Assembly: GCA_003222055.1 (NCBI GenBank)
Contig: QHUT01000053.1
Span: 48,769-112,768, forward strand
Length of the DNA stretch: 64,000 nucleotides
Origin: Gemmatimonadota bacterium
GTDB taxonomy: Bacteria > Gemmatimonadota > Gemmatimonadetes > Gemmatimonadales > GWC2-71-9
Reading direction: 5' to 3'
Positions 51,082-62,039 of this stretch are shown one piece after another; the first letter of the stretch is position 1, and each line of letters starts with the position of its first letter. Made by a program: the position numbers and the translations under genes. The notes beneath the pieces are model-generated. The model was not told the DNA's origin. It was given only the letters and a program-made list of their open reading frames with translations, and made no database searches.

Positions 51082-51642
51082 ATGTCCATCAAGTCCGACC
51101 GCTGGATTCGGCGCATGGCGACCGAACACGCCATGATCGAGCCGTTCGCCGAAAACCAGGCGCGCGCCGGCGTCATTTCGTACGGCGTCTCCTCCTACGG
51201 CTACGACATGCGGGTGGCGCCCGAGTTCAAGATCTTCACCAACGCGCTCTCGGCGGTGGTCGATCCCAAGAGCTTCGATCCGAAATCGTTCGTCGAGTTC
51301 ACCGGCAGCGTGTGCATCGTGCCGCCCAACTCGTTCGCCCTGGCGCGCTCGGTGGAGTACTTCCGCATCCCCCGCAACGTGCTGACGATCTGCGTGGGCA
51401 AGAGCACCTACGCCCGCTGCGGCATCATCACGAACGTCACGCCGTTCGAGCCGGAGTGGGAAGGCTACGTGACGCTCGAGATCTCGAACACCACACCGCT
51501 CCCGGCCCGCATCTACGCGAACGAGGGCATCGCCCAGGTGCTGTTCTTCACGGCCGATGCGGGAGACGAGTGTGAAGTCAGCTACAAGGACAAGAAGGGG
51601 AAGTATCAGGCGCAGCGCGGCATAACGCTGCCGAAGCTATAG
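51082..51642 (+). CDS. dcd: dCTP deaminase
   Basis: [36 protein letters not shown]. Confidence 0.97.
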   Translation: MSIKSDRWIRRMATEHAMIEPFAENQARAGVISYGVSSYGYDMRVAPEFKIFTNALSAVVDPKSFDPKSFVEFTGSVCIVPPNSFALARSVEYFRIPRNVLTICVGKSTYARCGIITNVTPFEPEWEGYVTLEISNTTPLPARIYANEGIAQVLFFTADAGDECEVSYKDKKGKYQAQRGITLPKL

Positions 51643-52062
51643 CGGCATCCGGGCCGCGGCGCGCGACCCCAGCACGGTGATCACGACCACTGCCACCGCG
51701 AGAATGACCAGGTCCGGCACCCAGCCGAGCTCGGTTCGTGGGACCGCCATCTGCAGAAAGTTCATCACGAAATCGAACACGCCGACGAGCAGGCCGAGCA
51801 GTACGGTGGCATGGAGCGCTCGCCCCAGGCGCGCCAGGATGCTCCCGCCGACCAGGGCGACGGCGCCCTGCCCCGCCGCGATCACCAGAGTGGTGGCGAA
51901 GTCCTCGAGCAGGGTGCTCCAGAAGCCGGCGCGGCCCGCGTGATAGCTGAAGAACCACGTGTGGACGAGCGACAGGGCGCCACCGGCCACGGCCGCGCAC
52001 AGCGTCGCCCACAGCGCGTACCCGATCACGATCCTCATCCGGTCGCCGGTGTCGGCCATCAT
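51637..52062 (-). CDS. Hypothetical 4-TM membrane protein
   Basis: Four hydrophobic segments; start uncertain (52062, 52059 or 52038). Confidence 0.6.
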   Translation of the reverse strand: MMADTGDRMRIVIGYALWATLCAAVAGGALSLVHTWFFSYHAGRAGFWSTLLEDFATTLVIAAGQGAVALVGGSILARLGRALHATVLLGLLVGVFDFVMNFLQMAVPRTELGWVPDLVILAVAVVVITVLGSRAAARMPL

Positions 52063-52151
52063 GATCAGCAAATGTGGCCGCCCCCGCGCGGCCCCGCCAG
52101 TCGGGGCATTATCTTAGCCGCTACGGTACCGCTGCTCGCGCGACCCGCTCC

Positions 52152-54137
52152 GTGACGCCACGCCGGTTGGCACCACCGCCCTCCGGGCGCACGGTCAGTC
52201 TGAGGATGACGCTGCTGCTGGTCGTCCTCAGCGCCGGGGTGTACGCGGGCGCCCTGCCCCTCTACCTCCTGTTCCGCGTGAGTCGCCCCGCGCTCGCTCT
52301 TGGCGCCGCGACCGAGGCCACCACCAGCTTGAATGCTCAGCTGATGCGGCGGGACAGCGCGCTCCATCAGACCGTCCGCATCGTGCATGCGCTCGCCCGC
52401 GCGGCCTCCCCGCGCGTCGACTCGCTGGCGCTCGCGCGTCGCTTGCTCGTGGCCGGGCGCGAGCCGCTCCACACGCCGCCGGATGCATTGATGCCGCCGA
52501 CCCTGCGGGTAGAGCTCACACGCATCGACGACGCCCTGTCGAGTCTCGGCGGCGCCCTCGCGGAGATCGTCGACCGGCTCCAGCACGGTCAGCGCGCGGA
52601 CGTCGCGGCCCGGCTGGTCGCCATCGATCGACTCGTCGAGGTCGCTCAGGAGCGCCGGATCGACGGCAATCGCGTCGCCCGGGCCTACCTGATCGAGCGA
52701 CAGGGCGCGTTGCGGTCCGCCGCGAGCGGTGTGCGTCGTGACACAGTGGTATGGCTCGTGAGTGGTGTCGCGCTCGTCCTCGCGCTCGTCGCCGTGATGC
52801 GGCGCCGGGTGTGGCGGCCGCTGCGCGAGCTCGAGGGTGGGCTGGCGCAGGTGGCCGACGGAGACCTCACCGTTCAAGTGCCGACCGGGGGCGCCGACGA
52901 GCTGGGGCGGCTTGCCGCGCACTTCAACGCCATGACCCATGTGCTGCGCGACCGCGCCGAGGAGCAGGGCCGTTTTGCGGCCGCGGGTGAGCTGCTCGCC
53001 GGCGTCGCCCATGAGGTGAACAACCCCCTTATGGCGATCGCCGCGCACGCCGAGAACCGACTCGCCGATCCCAGCCTCACGGAGGAGCCGCGCAGCGAGA
53101 TGGCTCAGATCCTCCGCCAGGCCCGCCGCGCCGCCAAGCTGCTGGGCGGCCTCTTGCGGTTCGTGCGCGCCACCGAACGGGAGGTGACGCTCGTCAATCT
53201 GAACGATGTCGTGCGCGGCGCGCTCGATCTCGTGTCGTACCGCTTCGGCGTCGACGAGATCACGGTGGGCGGGCGACTCGACCCCAACCTGCCGGTGGTG
53301 GAAGGCGACGCTATCAAGCTCGAACAGGTCGTCGTGAATCTCCTGGCCAACGCGATCGATGCGCTCCGCCGGGTCAAGCCGCCGCGTCAACTCAGTGTGG
53401 ACACCTGGGCGGCGGACGCGAGCGTACATGTGGCGGTCGGGGACAACGGCGAAGGCGTCGCGCCGGAAATCGCCCCGCGGCTGTTCCGGCCGTTCGCGAC
53501 CACCAAAGGCCACCGCGGCACCGGACTGGGACTGTACATCTCACGCCAAATCGCCCGGGAAGCCGGGGGCGATCTCGTGCTGGTGCCCCCTCCGGGAGGG
53601 GGGGCCCGCTTCTCCCTCTCGCTGCCGCTGGCGCCGGCGGCGCCCGCCCCGGTGGCCGCGCCGCCCGCCCCAGCGGTGGTGCCGGCGGGGGCCGCCGGAC
53701 GCGCCGACGGGACGCCGCCGGGCGGTCGGGGGCCGGCCGGAGCGACGTTGGCCGGTGTGCGGGTGTTGATCGTCGAGGACGAAGAGGGCGTGCGACGACC
53801 GATGGCGCGCTTCCTGACCCGGCGCGGAGCGGAGGTGGAAGAGGCGGTGGACGGCGTAGATGGGCTCGGCCGGCTGCGCGCCCAGGCCCCGGACGTGATC
53901 CTGGTCGACCTGCGGATGCCCCGCATGGGTGGGATCGAGCTGTACGCGGAGCTCGAGCAGGAGCGGCCCGAGCTGGCCGCGCGGGTGTTGTTTCTGTCGG
54001 GAGACGTATCCCAGCTCGCGGAGCCGGGCAACACGCCGGTCCCCCGGGAGCGCGTGCTGGTCAAGCCGGTGGAGCTGGCGGAGCTGGAGCGCCGCATCGC
54101 GGCGTTCGTCCAGGAGCGGAAGGCGTCGCGCGGTTAG
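52152..54137 (+). CDS. Hybrid sensor histidine kinase (2TM-HAMP-HisKA-HATPase-REC)
   Basis: DELGRLAAHFNAM (HAMP), AHEVNNPL, NLLANA, DNGEG, GTGLGL, LIVEDE..DLRMP. Confidence 0.92.
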   Translation: MTPRRLAPPPSGRTVSLRMTLLLVVLSAGVYAGALPLYLLFRVSRPALALGAATEATTSLNAQLMRRDSALHQTVRIVHALARAASPRVDSLALARRLLVAGREPLHTPPDALMPPTLRVELTRIDDALSSLGGALAEIVDRLQHGQRADVAARLVAIDRLVEVAQERRIDGNRVARAYLIERQGALRSAASGVRRDTVVWLVSGVALVLALVAVMRRRVWRPLRELEGGLAQVADGDLTVQVPTGGADELGRLAAHFNAMTHVLRDRAEEQGRFAAAGELLAGVAHEVNNPLMAIAAHAENRLADPSLTEEPRSEMAQILRQARRAAKLLGGLLRFVRATEREVTLVNLNDVVRGALDLVSYRFGVDEITVGGRLDPNLPVVEGDAIKLEQVVVNLLANAIDALRRVKPPRQLSVDTWAADASVHVAVGDNGEGVAPEIAPRLFRPFATTKGHRGTGLGLYISRQIAREAGGDLVLVPPPGGGARFSLSLPLAPAAPAPVAAPPAPAVVPAGAAGRADGTPPGGRGPAGATLAGVRVLIVEDEEGVRRPMARFLTRRGAEVEEAVDGVDGLGRLRAQAPDVILVDLRMPRMGGIELYAELEQERPELAARVLFLSGDVSQLAEPGNTPVPRERVLVKPVELAELERRIAAFVQERKASRG

Positions 54138-54173
54138 GATGGCCGGACCACGACGCCCGCGCTATCATAGAGC

Positions 54174-54446
54174 ATGCTGGTGGTAGTCGTGCTGCTCGTG
54201 ACCGTGCTGTTGCGAGTCGCGATCGTGACCGCAGTCGTCTACTTGCTGCTGCCGCAGGGCCCGCTGTGCCCGCACTGCAACTTCGAGATGGTCGCCATCC
54301 GCAACCGATTCGTCGATCGCCTCGTGCCGTTGCTCGAGCGCCGCTGGTGCCTCGAGTGCGGCTGGGACGGTGTGGTGCGGCGGGTGCGCACGGCGCGCGC
54401 GCGGACCCCTAAGCGCTCGCCAGCTCCCCGCCCGGCCCCGCGCTAG
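54174..54446 (+). CDS. Small membrane-anchored Zn-ribbon hypothetical protein
   Basis: N-terminal TM, CPHC and CLEC pairs; TATCAT 5 nt upstream of ATG. Confidence 0.65.
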   Translation: MLVVVVLLVTVLLRVAIVTAVVYLLLPQGPLCPHCNFEMVAIRNRFVDRLVPLLERRWCLECGWDGVVRRVRTARARTPKRSPAPRPAPR

Positions 54447-54463
54447 GCGTCACCGCGGTCCCG

Positions 54464-55777
54464 TCAGTGGCGCGGCCACAGGAGGCCGCGGCTCGGCTCG
54501 GTCTCGGACAGGTAAGCGCTCCTTGGATACCACGGCGTTCCGCTCACGCCCAGCACGTCGCCACGTGCGTTCACGGCGATCGCCGTGCTCGCCGCACCGC
54601 CCTGTGGCCCGAGCCCGAGGTCCGTCATCACGCCGTCGCTCCACAGGAAGGCGTGCCGCTCGCCTGCCGCGGTGAGGCTCGAGCCCACGATATCACCACG
54701 CTCGTTCATGGCGGTGACGAACGTGCCACCGCCGCCCAAAGACGGGAGCAGCTGCGTGGCGCTCCCATCCCACAGCCAACCCTGGCCGCCTTCCCATGGG
54801 GTCGGCCAGGGACCTCCATAGCCCGCCACCTGTCCCCGGTCGTTGATGCCCACCACGAAGGTATTCTCTCCGGGGAGCACACCGAGATCCTGGAGCTGGC
54901 CGTCGTGCCATAAGAACGGGCGGGCGACGTTGTTCGTATCCGTGCTGGTGCCGACGACATCGCCTCGATCATTGATGTCGGTGGCCCGGCCGTCGCTGCA
55001 GTAGGGGAACGGGTGGGGGCTGCAGTACGCGACGTCGCCGGTTCGGCCGAACACGCCCAGGTCCTGGATTGCCTCGCCGTTCCACAGCACGGGGTGGCGG
55101 TAGGGATCGTCCTGGTAGGAGTACGCATTCTGCGCCGTGCCCACAACTTGGCCGCGACGATTCATGGCCGCCGCTCCATATCGATCGTCCCAGCTCTGGA
55201 GCGGGGGTAGGCGCTGCGAAACGCCCCCCTGCCACACGACCGGATAGCTCGTCGGTGGCGCACCGTTGTGAAGCACGACCGTGGCGAGGATGTCCCCGTC
55301 GTCTGTAACGCGGATGGCGCGCGCGGAGCGAGAGATCGGCTCGCCGTTGCTCGTCGGCGCTGCGAGATCGTGAATGCCGCTGGCGTCCCACAACACCATC
55401 CGCGCGTCATACTGGTTGTAGCTCAACCCGGCGATCAGACCCGAGTCGCTGATCGCCTGCGCATCGCCGCCGATCTCGGGGAACGGAAATCCCGGCCGGG
55501 TGCCCGGGAGGAGAGGGAGCTCGCGCATCGTCCCGTCCTCCCAGACGAACGGGTGCGCCTGCCCGTCGGCGGCCACGCTCGTACCCACGATTTGGCCGGC
55601 GTTGTTGAACGCCCGGGGAGTGGTGGAGTTTCCACCCAGCGTGCCAAGATCGATGACCTCGTTGCCGATCGACGCGGACGCGGCTGGAGGAGTGGTGCGC
55701 CGTTGCAGCATGGCGGAGGGGTCGGTACAACCCGTGATCGACGCGACCGCGGCAACGAGGAAGGCGAGGCGCTTCAT
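54464..55777 (-). CDS. HAF-type extracellular-repeat lipoprotein
   Basis: MKRLAFLVAAVASITG-C lipobox; repeats DLGTLGG..A.N..GQ.VG..HAF/HPF.W. Confidence 0.85.
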   Translation of the reverse strand: MKRLAFLVAAVASITGCTDPSAMLQRRTTPPAASASIGNEVIDLGTLGGNSTTPRAFNNAGQIVGTSVAADGQAHPFVWEDGTMRELPLLPGTRPGFPFPEIGGDAQAISDSGLIAGLSYNQYDARMVLWDASGIHDLAAPTSNGEPISRSARAIRVTDDGDILATVVLHNGAPPTSYPVVWQGGVSQRLPPLQSWDDRYGAAAMNRRGQVVGTAQNAYSYQDDPYRHPVLWNGEAIQDLGVFGRTGDVAYCSPHPFPYCSDGRATDINDRGDVVGTSTDTNNVARPFLWHDGQLQDLGVLPGENTFVVGINDRGQVAGYGGPWPTPWEGGQGWLWDGSATQLLPSLGGGGTFVTAMNERGDIVGSSLTAAGERHAFLWSDGVMTDLGLGPQGGAASTAIAVNARGDVLGVSGTPWYPRSAYLSETEPSRGLLWPRH

Positions 55778-55817
55778 GGGAACTGCTCCGAGAGGGAGAC
55801 GGGCATCCCTGCGCGGC

Positions 55818-55833
55818 CGCAATTCAGGTGCCG
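55818..55833 (-). promoter_or_regulatory. Putative sigma54 -24/-12 promoter (CGGCAC-CTGAA-TTGCG)
   Basis: GG-N10-GC with GGCAC and TTGC cores, ~40 nt upstream of the lipoprotein ATG. Confidence 0.55.
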
Positions 55834-55883
55834 CGGTGCGATCCCCCTGCACGGCGACCGCGCTGTCGCAGCGGTGCTGCGCC

Positions 55884-57221
55884 TCAGTCCATCGTGGTGA
55901 TCAGACGGGCGGCGCGCTCGTAGAAGAAATAATCCCACGCCCAGTTCAGCAGTACGAACAGCTTGTTGCGGAACCCGATCAGCTGAATGATGTGCACCAC
56001 CAGCCACACCACCCAGGCCGGGAAGCCGGTGAACGCGATGCCGCGGATGTAGGCCACGGCGGCGTTACGGCCGATGGTGGCGAGCGAGCCCGGGTCGTGG
56101 TAGTCGAACGTCGCGGGCGGTTGTCCTGCGAGACGGCGGCGGATGTTGGCGGCCGCGGTCCGGGCCATCTGGATGGCGACCGGGGCCATCATCGGCAGGG
56201 GCGCCCCGTCTACCTCGAGGTAGGCGGCGTCCCCGATGACGTAGATATCGGGATGCTCCGCAACGGCGAGCGTCGGCGTGACCGCCACCCGTCCTTGCCG
56301 CACCGTCGGGAGCCCGAGCCGGGCGGTGAGGGACACGGCCTGGACGCCCGCCGCCCAGATGAGCGTGCGCGCCGGGATCACTTCCCCGCTCTTCAGGCTC
56401 ACTCGCGCGCCGTCGTAGTCGGCGACCGTCGCTCCGAAGCGCACCTCGACGTGCTTCTTGCGCCACAGCGTCTCGGCCGCGGCCTCACGCAGGCGTGCCG
56501 GCATGGGCCCGAGCAGACGGTCCGTCGCCTCGAGCAGCAGCACGCGCACGTCTTTCACGTTGAGGCGCGGGTAGTCCTTCACCAGCACCAGCCGGATCAA
56601 CTCGGAGAGCGCGCCCGCCATCTCGACGCCCGTCGGCCCGCCGCCCACCACGACGAACGTCAACCAGGCCCGGCGACGCTCGGGGTCTGGCTCGAGCATC
56701 GCCCGCTCGAAGGCGTGCAGGACGTGGTTGCGGATGCGGATCGCCTCGGGAATGTCCTTCAAGCCGAACCCGTGCCGCACGACGCCCTCGAGGCCGAAAT
56801 AGTTCGTCTCTCCGCCCACGGCGAGGATGAGATAGTCGTAGGCGATCGCTCCGTCGGTGGTGACGACGCGCTTCCCACGCGCGTCGAGGCCCGTCACCTC
56901 CGTCATGCGGAACTCGAGGTTGCGTTGGCGGCGGAGCACCGCGCGTACGGGCCGCGCGATCTGCTCGGGCTCGAGGCCGGCGGTGGCGACCTGATACAGG
57001 AGCGGCTGGAACAGGTGGTAGTTGTGACGATCCACCAGCACCACGTCGACGGGTGCGTCCGCCAGCGCCCGCGCCGCGCGGAGCCCGCCGAAGCCGGCGC
57101 CAACGATCAGCACGGTGGGTCGGGTCCGACCCGCGGAGCCTGCGACGGGCGCCGGAGCGCGTGGTGCCGGCGCCGCTTCGGCCGGCGCGGCCACTGATGT
57201 CGCGTTGGACCGGACGCTCAC
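55884..57221 (-). CDS. ndh: Type II NADH dehydrogenase (NDH-2 family)
   Basis: GAGFGG, FQPLLYQVAT, VGGGPTGVEMAG, WAAGV, IGD, LATIGR. Confidence 0.9.
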   Translation of the reverse strand: MSVRSNATSVAAPAEAAPAPRAPAPVAGSAGRTRPTVLIVGAGFGGLRAARALADAPVDVVLVDRHNYHLFQPLLYQVATAGLEPEQIARPVRAVLRRQRNLEFRMTEVTGLDARGKRVVTTDGAIAYDYLILAVGGETNYFGLEGVVRHGFGLKDIPEAIRIRNHVLHAFERAMLEPDPERRRAWLTFVVVGGGPTGVEMAGALSELIRLVLVKDYPRLNVKDVRVLLLEATDRLLGPMPARLREAAAETLWRKKHVEVRFGATVADYDGARVSLKSGEVIPARTLIWAAGVQAVSLTARLGLPTVRQGRVAVTPTLAVAEHPDIYVIGDAAYLEVDGAPLPMMAPVAIQMARTAAANIRRRLAGQPPATFDYHDPGSLATIGRNAAVAYIRGIAFTGFPAWVVWLVVHIIQLIGFRNKLFVLLNWAWDYFFYERAARLITTMD

Positions 57222-57556
57222 TCGAGTACCACCGCCGTGCCGTAGCAGAGCACTTCCGTGGCCGACGAGCGGCTCGCCACTTCGGACGCGTCGAAGCTGA
57301 CGCCGAGGACGGCGTTGGCCCCGACCTGCCGGGCGTGTGCGACCATCAGGTCGTAGGCGGCCTGCCGCGCCTGCTCGCACATCTCGGTGTAGGCGCCGAT
57401 CTGCCCCCCGATGATGCTCTTGAGACCGCCGAGGATGCCCTGCGAGATGGTGGGTGCGCGCACGGTGATGCCGCGCACGACTCCCTTGTACTCACGAACC
57501 CTGCGGCCCTGCACGTCGAACGTCGTGGAGACGATCATGGATTGCGCGATGGCCAC
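57218..57556 (-). CDS. YbjQ/UPF0145 family protein
   Basis: [29 protein letters not shown]. Confidence 0.9.
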   Translation of the reverse strand: MAIAQSMIVSTTFDVQGRRVREYKGVVRGITVRAPTISQGILGGLKSIIGGQIGAYTEMCEQARQAAYDLMVAHARQVGANAVLGVSFDASEVASRSSATEVLCYGTAVVLE

Positions 57557-57661
57557 GGCACTCCCCTTGGTTCCGGGTGGATGGCATATCGGAGCAACTC
57601 CGGAAAGATAGCGTCGTCGGCTTGCCCGCCCAGCCGCGGAGCAGGTATCATCCCACGGTTC

Positions 57662-58357
57662 ATGGCTACGCTCTCCGCAGGCACTACTCGCCCGAGTCTC
57701 ACGCGCTCGCTCGTCGGCAAGAAGGTCGTCATGGCCGTGACCGGCGGGATCCTCTTCCTCTTCGTCGTCGGTCACCTGCTCGGGAATCTGAAGGTGTTCC
57801 AGGGACCGGAGCACTTCAACGCCTACGCGGAGGGGTTGCGTACGGTGGGCGCGCCGTTCTTCGGCCGCGGGTGGGTGCTGTGGATCGTCCGGTCGGTGCT
57901 GCTCGCGTCCTTGTTCGCCCACATCTGGGCGGCCGTGGGGGTGACGCGGGCCAGCTGGCGGGCGCGTCCCGTCGCCTACCACCGCCTCGACCCGGTGGAA
58001 ACGACCTACGCCGCCCGCACGATGCGGTGGGGGGGCGTGATCATCTTCGTCTACGTCGTCTACCACTTGCTGGATCTCACGTTCGGCCGCCTCAACCCGA
58101 GCTTCGTGCCCGGCGACGTGTACCACAACCTGGTGGCGAGCTTTCAGCGCTGGCCCGTTTCGGTCGCCTACATCGCGGCGGTGGTGGTAGTGGGCCTGCA
58201 CTGCTATCACGGCCTGTGGAGCGCGCTCCAGACGCTCGGGCTGAACCGGCCGCCGACCGTCGCCTGGCGGCGCCGCGTGGCGGGAGGGATCGCGGCGGCG
58301 ATCACCGCGGGCTACATCGCCATTCCCGCGGCCGTGCTCGGGGGAGTGTTACGGTGA
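57662..58357 (+). CDS. sdhC: Succinate dehydrogenase cytochrome b558 subunit
   Basis: [28 protein letters not shown] (di-heme-type His set). Confidence 0.92.
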   Translation: MATLSAGTTRPSLTRSLVGKKVVMAVTGGILFLFVVGHLLGNLKVFQGPEHFNAYAEGLRTVGAPFFGRGWVLWIVRSVLLASLFAHIWAAVGVTRASWRARPVAYHRLDPVETTYAARTMRWGGVIIFVYVVYHLLDLTFGRLNPSFVPGDVYHNLVASFQRWPVSVAYIAAVVVVGLHCYHGLWSALQTLGLNRPPTVAWRRRVAGGIAAAITAGYIAIPAAVLGGVLR

Positions 58358-58359
58358 CG

Positions 58360-60273
58360 ATGGAGCTGCGGTCCAACTCGCCCGGCGGCCCGCTGGCGGA
58401 AAAGTGGGAGCGGCACCGCGCCGAGCTGCGGCTCGTCAACCCGGCGAACAAGCGGAAGCACCACGTCATCGTCGTCGGCACGGGGCTGGCCGGCGCCTCG
58501 GCCGCCGCCTCTCTCGCCGAGCTGGGCTACACGGTCTCCTGCTTCTGCTTCCAGGACTCGCCCCGGCGCGCGCACTCGATCGCCGCCCAAGGTGGCATCA
58601 ACGCCGCGAAGAACTACCAGAACGACGGTGATTCGGTGTTCCGCCTCTTCTACGATACGATCAAGGGCGGGGACTTTCGCTCGCGCGAGGCGAACGTGTA
58701 TCGCTTGGCGGAGATCAGCGCGCGCATCATCGATCAGTGCGTCGCCCAGGGAGTGCCGTTCGCACGGGAGTACGGCGGGCTGCTCGCGAACCGCTCCTTC
58801 GGCGGGGTGCAGGTGTCGCGCACGTTCTACGCGCGCGGCCAGACGGGGCAGCAGCTACTGCTGGGAGCCTATCAGGCGCTGTGCCGGCAGATCGGCGCCG
58901 GCCAGGTGCGCATGTACCCGCGCACCGAGATGCTCGACGTCGTGGTCGTGGACGGCCAGGCGCGGGGCATCATCACCCGCAACCTGGTGGATGGAAAGAT
59001 CTCGGCCCACGTGGCCGATGCGGTCGTGCTCGCGACCGGCGGCTACTCCAACGTCTATTACCTCTCGACCAACGCGAAGGGGTGCAACGTCACGGCCATC
59101 TGGCGCGCGCACAAGCGCGGCGCGGCGCTCGCCAACCCCTGCTTCACGCAGATCCACCCGACGTGCATTCCGCCGACCGGCCACCACCAAGCGAAGCTCA
59201 CCCTCATGAGCGAGTCGCTGCGCAACGACGGGCGCATCTGGGTGCCGCTGCGCAAGGGCGACGCCCGAGCGCCGGGCGACATCCCCGAAACTGAGCGCGA
59301 TTATTACCTCGAGCGCCGGTATCCGAGCTACGGCAACCTCGTCCCGCGCGATCTCGCGTCACGGCGGGCCAAGGAAGTGTGCGACGAAGGTCGCGGAGTC
59401 GGCCCGGGCGGGCACGGCGTCTACCTCGACTTTCGGGACGCCATCGCACGCCTAGGCGAGGCCGCGATCGCGGACCGCTACGGCAACCTGTTCCAGATGT
59501 ACCAGCGCATCACGGCGGAAAGCCCGTACCGGGCGCCGATGCGGATCTACCCCGCCCCGCACTACACGATGGGCGGCCTGTGGGTGGACTACAACCTGAT
59601 GAGCACGATTCCCGGCCTCCACGTGATCGGCGAAGCGAACTTCTCGGACCACGGCGCCAACCGCCTGGGCGCGAGCGCGCTGATGCAGGGGCTCGCCGAC
59701 GGCTATTTCATCCTCCCGTACACGATCGGCGACTACCTGGCGCAGGCGAACCTGCCCAAGCTGGACGCGACGCACCCGGCGGTCCGCCAGACGGGAGCCC
59801 AGGTCGCCGACCGCGCGCGCAAGCTCCTCGAGGTCAACGGGCGTCGCAGCGTGGACACGTTCCACCGCGAGCTGGGCCGCCTCATGTGGGACCGCTGCGG
59901 CATGTCCCGCAACGCCGCCGGCTTGAAGGACGCGATCCAGAAGATCTGCGTGCTGCGCGAGGAGTTCTGGGACGACGTCTACGTCGGCGGCCGGGGCGCG
60001 GATCTCAACGAGGCGCTCGAGCAGGCGGGCCGCGTGTCCGACTTCCTCGAGTTCGCGGAGCTCATGTGCCGCGATGCGCTGGAGCGCGACGAGTCCTGCG
60101 GCTGCCACTTCCGGGAAGAGTATCAGACGCCGGAGGGTGAGGCGCGACGCGACGACGAGCGGTTCGGCCATGTCGCCGCGTGGGAGTTCACCGGCGTCGG
60201 GAAGACGCCGCTGCTGCACACGGAGCCGCTCCAGTTCGAGGCCGTCCATCCGTCGCAGCGGAGCTACACGTGA
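58360..60273 (+). CDS. sdhA: Succinate dehydrogenase/fumarate reductase flavoprotein
   Basis: [36 protein letters not shown]; GTG at 58354 also possible. Confidence 0.97.
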   Translation: MELRSNSPGGPLAEKWERHRAELRLVNPANKRKHHVIVVGTGLAGASAAASLAELGYTVSCFCFQDSPRRAHSIAAQGGINAAKNYQNDGDSVFRLFYDTIKGGDFRSREANVYRLAEISARIIDQCVAQGVPFAREYGGLLANRSFGGVQVSRTFYARGQTGQQLLLGAYQALCRQIGAGQVRMYPRTEMLDVVVVDGQARGIITRNLVDGKISAHVADAVVLATGGYSNVYYLSTNAKGCNVTAIWRAHKRGAALANPCFTQIHPTCIPPTGHHQAKLTLMSESLRNDGRIWVPLRKGDARAPGDIPETERDYYLERRYPSYGNLVPRDLASRRAKEVCDEGRGVGPGGHGVYLDFRDAIARLGEAAIADRYGNLFQMYQRITAESPYRAPMRIYPAPHYTMGGLWVDYNLMSTIPGLHVIGEANFSDHGANRLGASALMQGLADGYFILPYTIGDYLAQANLPKLDATHPAVRQTGAQVADRARKLLEVNGRRSVDTFHRELGRLMWDRCGMSRNAAGLKDAIQKICVLREEFWDDVYVGGRGADLNEALEQAGRVSDFLEFAELMCRDALERDESCGCHFREEYQTPEGEARRDDERFGHVAAWEFTGVGKTPLLHTEPLQFEAVHPSQRSYT

Positions 60274-61049
60274 GGGTGACGCTGCACGTGTGGCGCCAGG
60301 CGGGGCCCGTGGCCCTGGGCAAGTTCGTGCGCTACGACGTGTCCGATGTGAGCGCCGACATGTCGTTCCTCGAGATGCTCGACGTGCTGAACCAGCAGCT
60401 GATCGGGCGGCGGGAAGAGCCGATTGCCTTCGACCACGACTGCCGCGAGGGGATCTGCGGCGCGTGCGGGATGGTGATCAACGGCCGGCCGCACGGGCCG
60501 CAGCGGGCCACCACCACGTGCCAGCTTCACCTGCGCTCCTTCCCCGACGGCGCGGAGCTGTGGATCGAGCCGTGGCGGGCGCGGGCGTTCCCCGTGCTCA
60601 AGGACCTGGTCGTGGACCGGAGCGCATTCGACCGGGTGATCCAGGCGGGCGGGTTCATCAGCGTGCGCACCGGGAGCGCACCCGAGGCGAATTCCGTCGC
60701 CGTCGCGAAGCAGGACGCCGATCTCGCGATGGACGCGGCGGCGTGCATCGGGTGCGGCGCTTGCGTGGCCGCGTGTCCCAACGCGTCGGCGCTGCTGTTC
60801 GTGGCCGCCAAGGTGTCGCACCTCGGGCTCCTGCCTCAGGGGCAGCCCGAGCGCGCCAGCCGCGTGGTGAACATGGTCACGCAGATGGATGCGGAGGGAT
60901 TCGGGGCCTGCACGAACCACGGCGAGTGCATGGCGGCGTGCCCGAAGGAGATCTCGATCGACTTCATTGCGCGGTTGAATCGGGACTACGTGAAAGCCGC
61001 CGTACGCGGCAAGGCGCACGCCGCACAAGGAAACGGAGGAGCTGCCTAG
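60270..61049 (+). CDS. sdhB: Succinate dehydrogenase Fe-S subunit
   Basis: [33 protein letters not shown]. Confidence 0.97.
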   Translation: MRVTLHVWRQAGPVALGKFVRYDVSDVSADMSFLEMLDVLNQQLIGRREEPIAFDHDCREGICGACGMVINGRPHGPQRATTTCQLHLRSFPDGAELWIEPWRARAFPVLKDLVVDRSAFDRVIQAGGFISVRTGSAPEANSVAVAKQDADLAMDAAACIGCGACVAACPNASALLFVAAKVSHLGLLPQGQPERASRVVNMVTQMDAEGFGACTNHGECMAACPKEISIDFIARLNRDYVKAAVRGKAHAAQGNGGAA

Positions 61050-61975
61050 AGCCTGACGGCCCCCATCGTCTCCTTCACGGCGTCGGCGGATTTCTTGAGC
61101 GCCGCGTGCTCCTCGGTCGACAGCTTCACCTCGAGGATCTGCTCGAGCCCGCGGCGCCCCAGTTTGCACGGCACGCCGAGGTAGACCCCCCGCACGCCGT
61201 ACTCCCCCTCCACCCAGGCAGCGCACGGCAGGATGCGTTTCTTGTCGTGGGCGATCGCTGCGACCATCTGCGTGACCGCCGCCGAGGGTGCGTAATAGGC
61301 CGAGCCGGTCTTCAAGAAGGACACGATTTCGGCGCCGCCGTTGCGCGTGCGCTCGACGATCCTGTCGAGCGTCGCCTTGTCGAGCAATTGGCTGACGGGA
61401 ATTCCCGAGACGGTCGTGTACGACACGAGCGGCACCATGGTGTCGCCGTGCCCGCCCAGCACCATGGCCTGAATGTCCTCGACCGACACGTCGAGCGCCT
61501 CGGCCAGGAAGGCCCGATAGCGCGCGGTGTCGAGCACGCCCGCCATGCCGATCACCCGTTCGCGCGGGAACCCGGTGACCTGCTTCGTCACCCAGCACAT
61601 CACGTCCAGCGGGTTCGAGACCACCAGGACGATCGCGTCGGGGCAATGTCGCTTGATCTCGAGCGAGACCTGCTTCACGATATCCGCGTTGGTGCGAACC
61701 AGGTCGTCGCGGCTCATCCCCGGCTTGCGCGCGATGCCGGCCGTGACGACCACCAGCTCGCTTCCCGCCGCGGCCGTGTAGTCGTTGGCCCCGAGCACCC
61801 GGGTGTCGAAGCCCTCGATGGGCGCCGACTCCCACTGGTCGAGCCCCTTACCCTGGGGCACGCCCTCGATCACGTCCACCAGGACGACGCGCCGGGCGAG
61901 CTCCTTTTCGGCCAGGCGCTGGGCGGCGGTGGCGCCGACGTTGCCGGCGCCGACGACCGTGATTTTGTTGATCAT
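61046..61975 (-). CDS. mdh: Malate dehydrogenase (LDH-like)
   Basis: [39 protein letters not shown]. Confidence 0.97.
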   Translation of the reverse strand: MINKITVVGAGNVGATAAQRLAEKELARRVVLVDVIEGVPQGKGLDQWESAPIEGFDTRVLGANDYTAAAGSELVVVTAGIARKPGMSRDDLVRTNADIVKQVSLEIKRHCPDAIVLVVSNPLDVMCWVTKQVTGFPRERVIGMAGVLDTARYRAFLAEALDVSVEDIQAMVLGGHGDTMVPLVSYTTVSGIPVSQLLDKATLDRIVERTRNGGAEIVSFLKTGSAYYAPSAAVTQMVAAIAHDKKRILPCAAWVEGEYGVRGVYLGVPCKLGRRGLEQILEVKLSTEEHAALKKSADAVKETMGAVRL

Positions 61976-61999
61976 GGGGAGTAAAGCTATGGACTCGTT

Positions 62000-62039
62000 C
62001 CCCCTCTCCACAACGTGGAGAGGGGGTCAGGGGCTGAGG
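62000..62039. repeat. GC-rich hairpin element CCCCCTCTCCAC-AAC-GTGGAGAGGGGG plus GGGGCTGAGG tail
   Basis: Perfect 12-bp stem in the moaA-mdh gap; single copy in the window; no U-tract. Confidence 0.6.

Noticed and set aside
53630-53745. GC-rich low-complexity stretch in the kinase gene as a mobile repeat
   Set aside because: It encodes an ordinary Pro/Ala/Gly linker between the HATPase and REC domains
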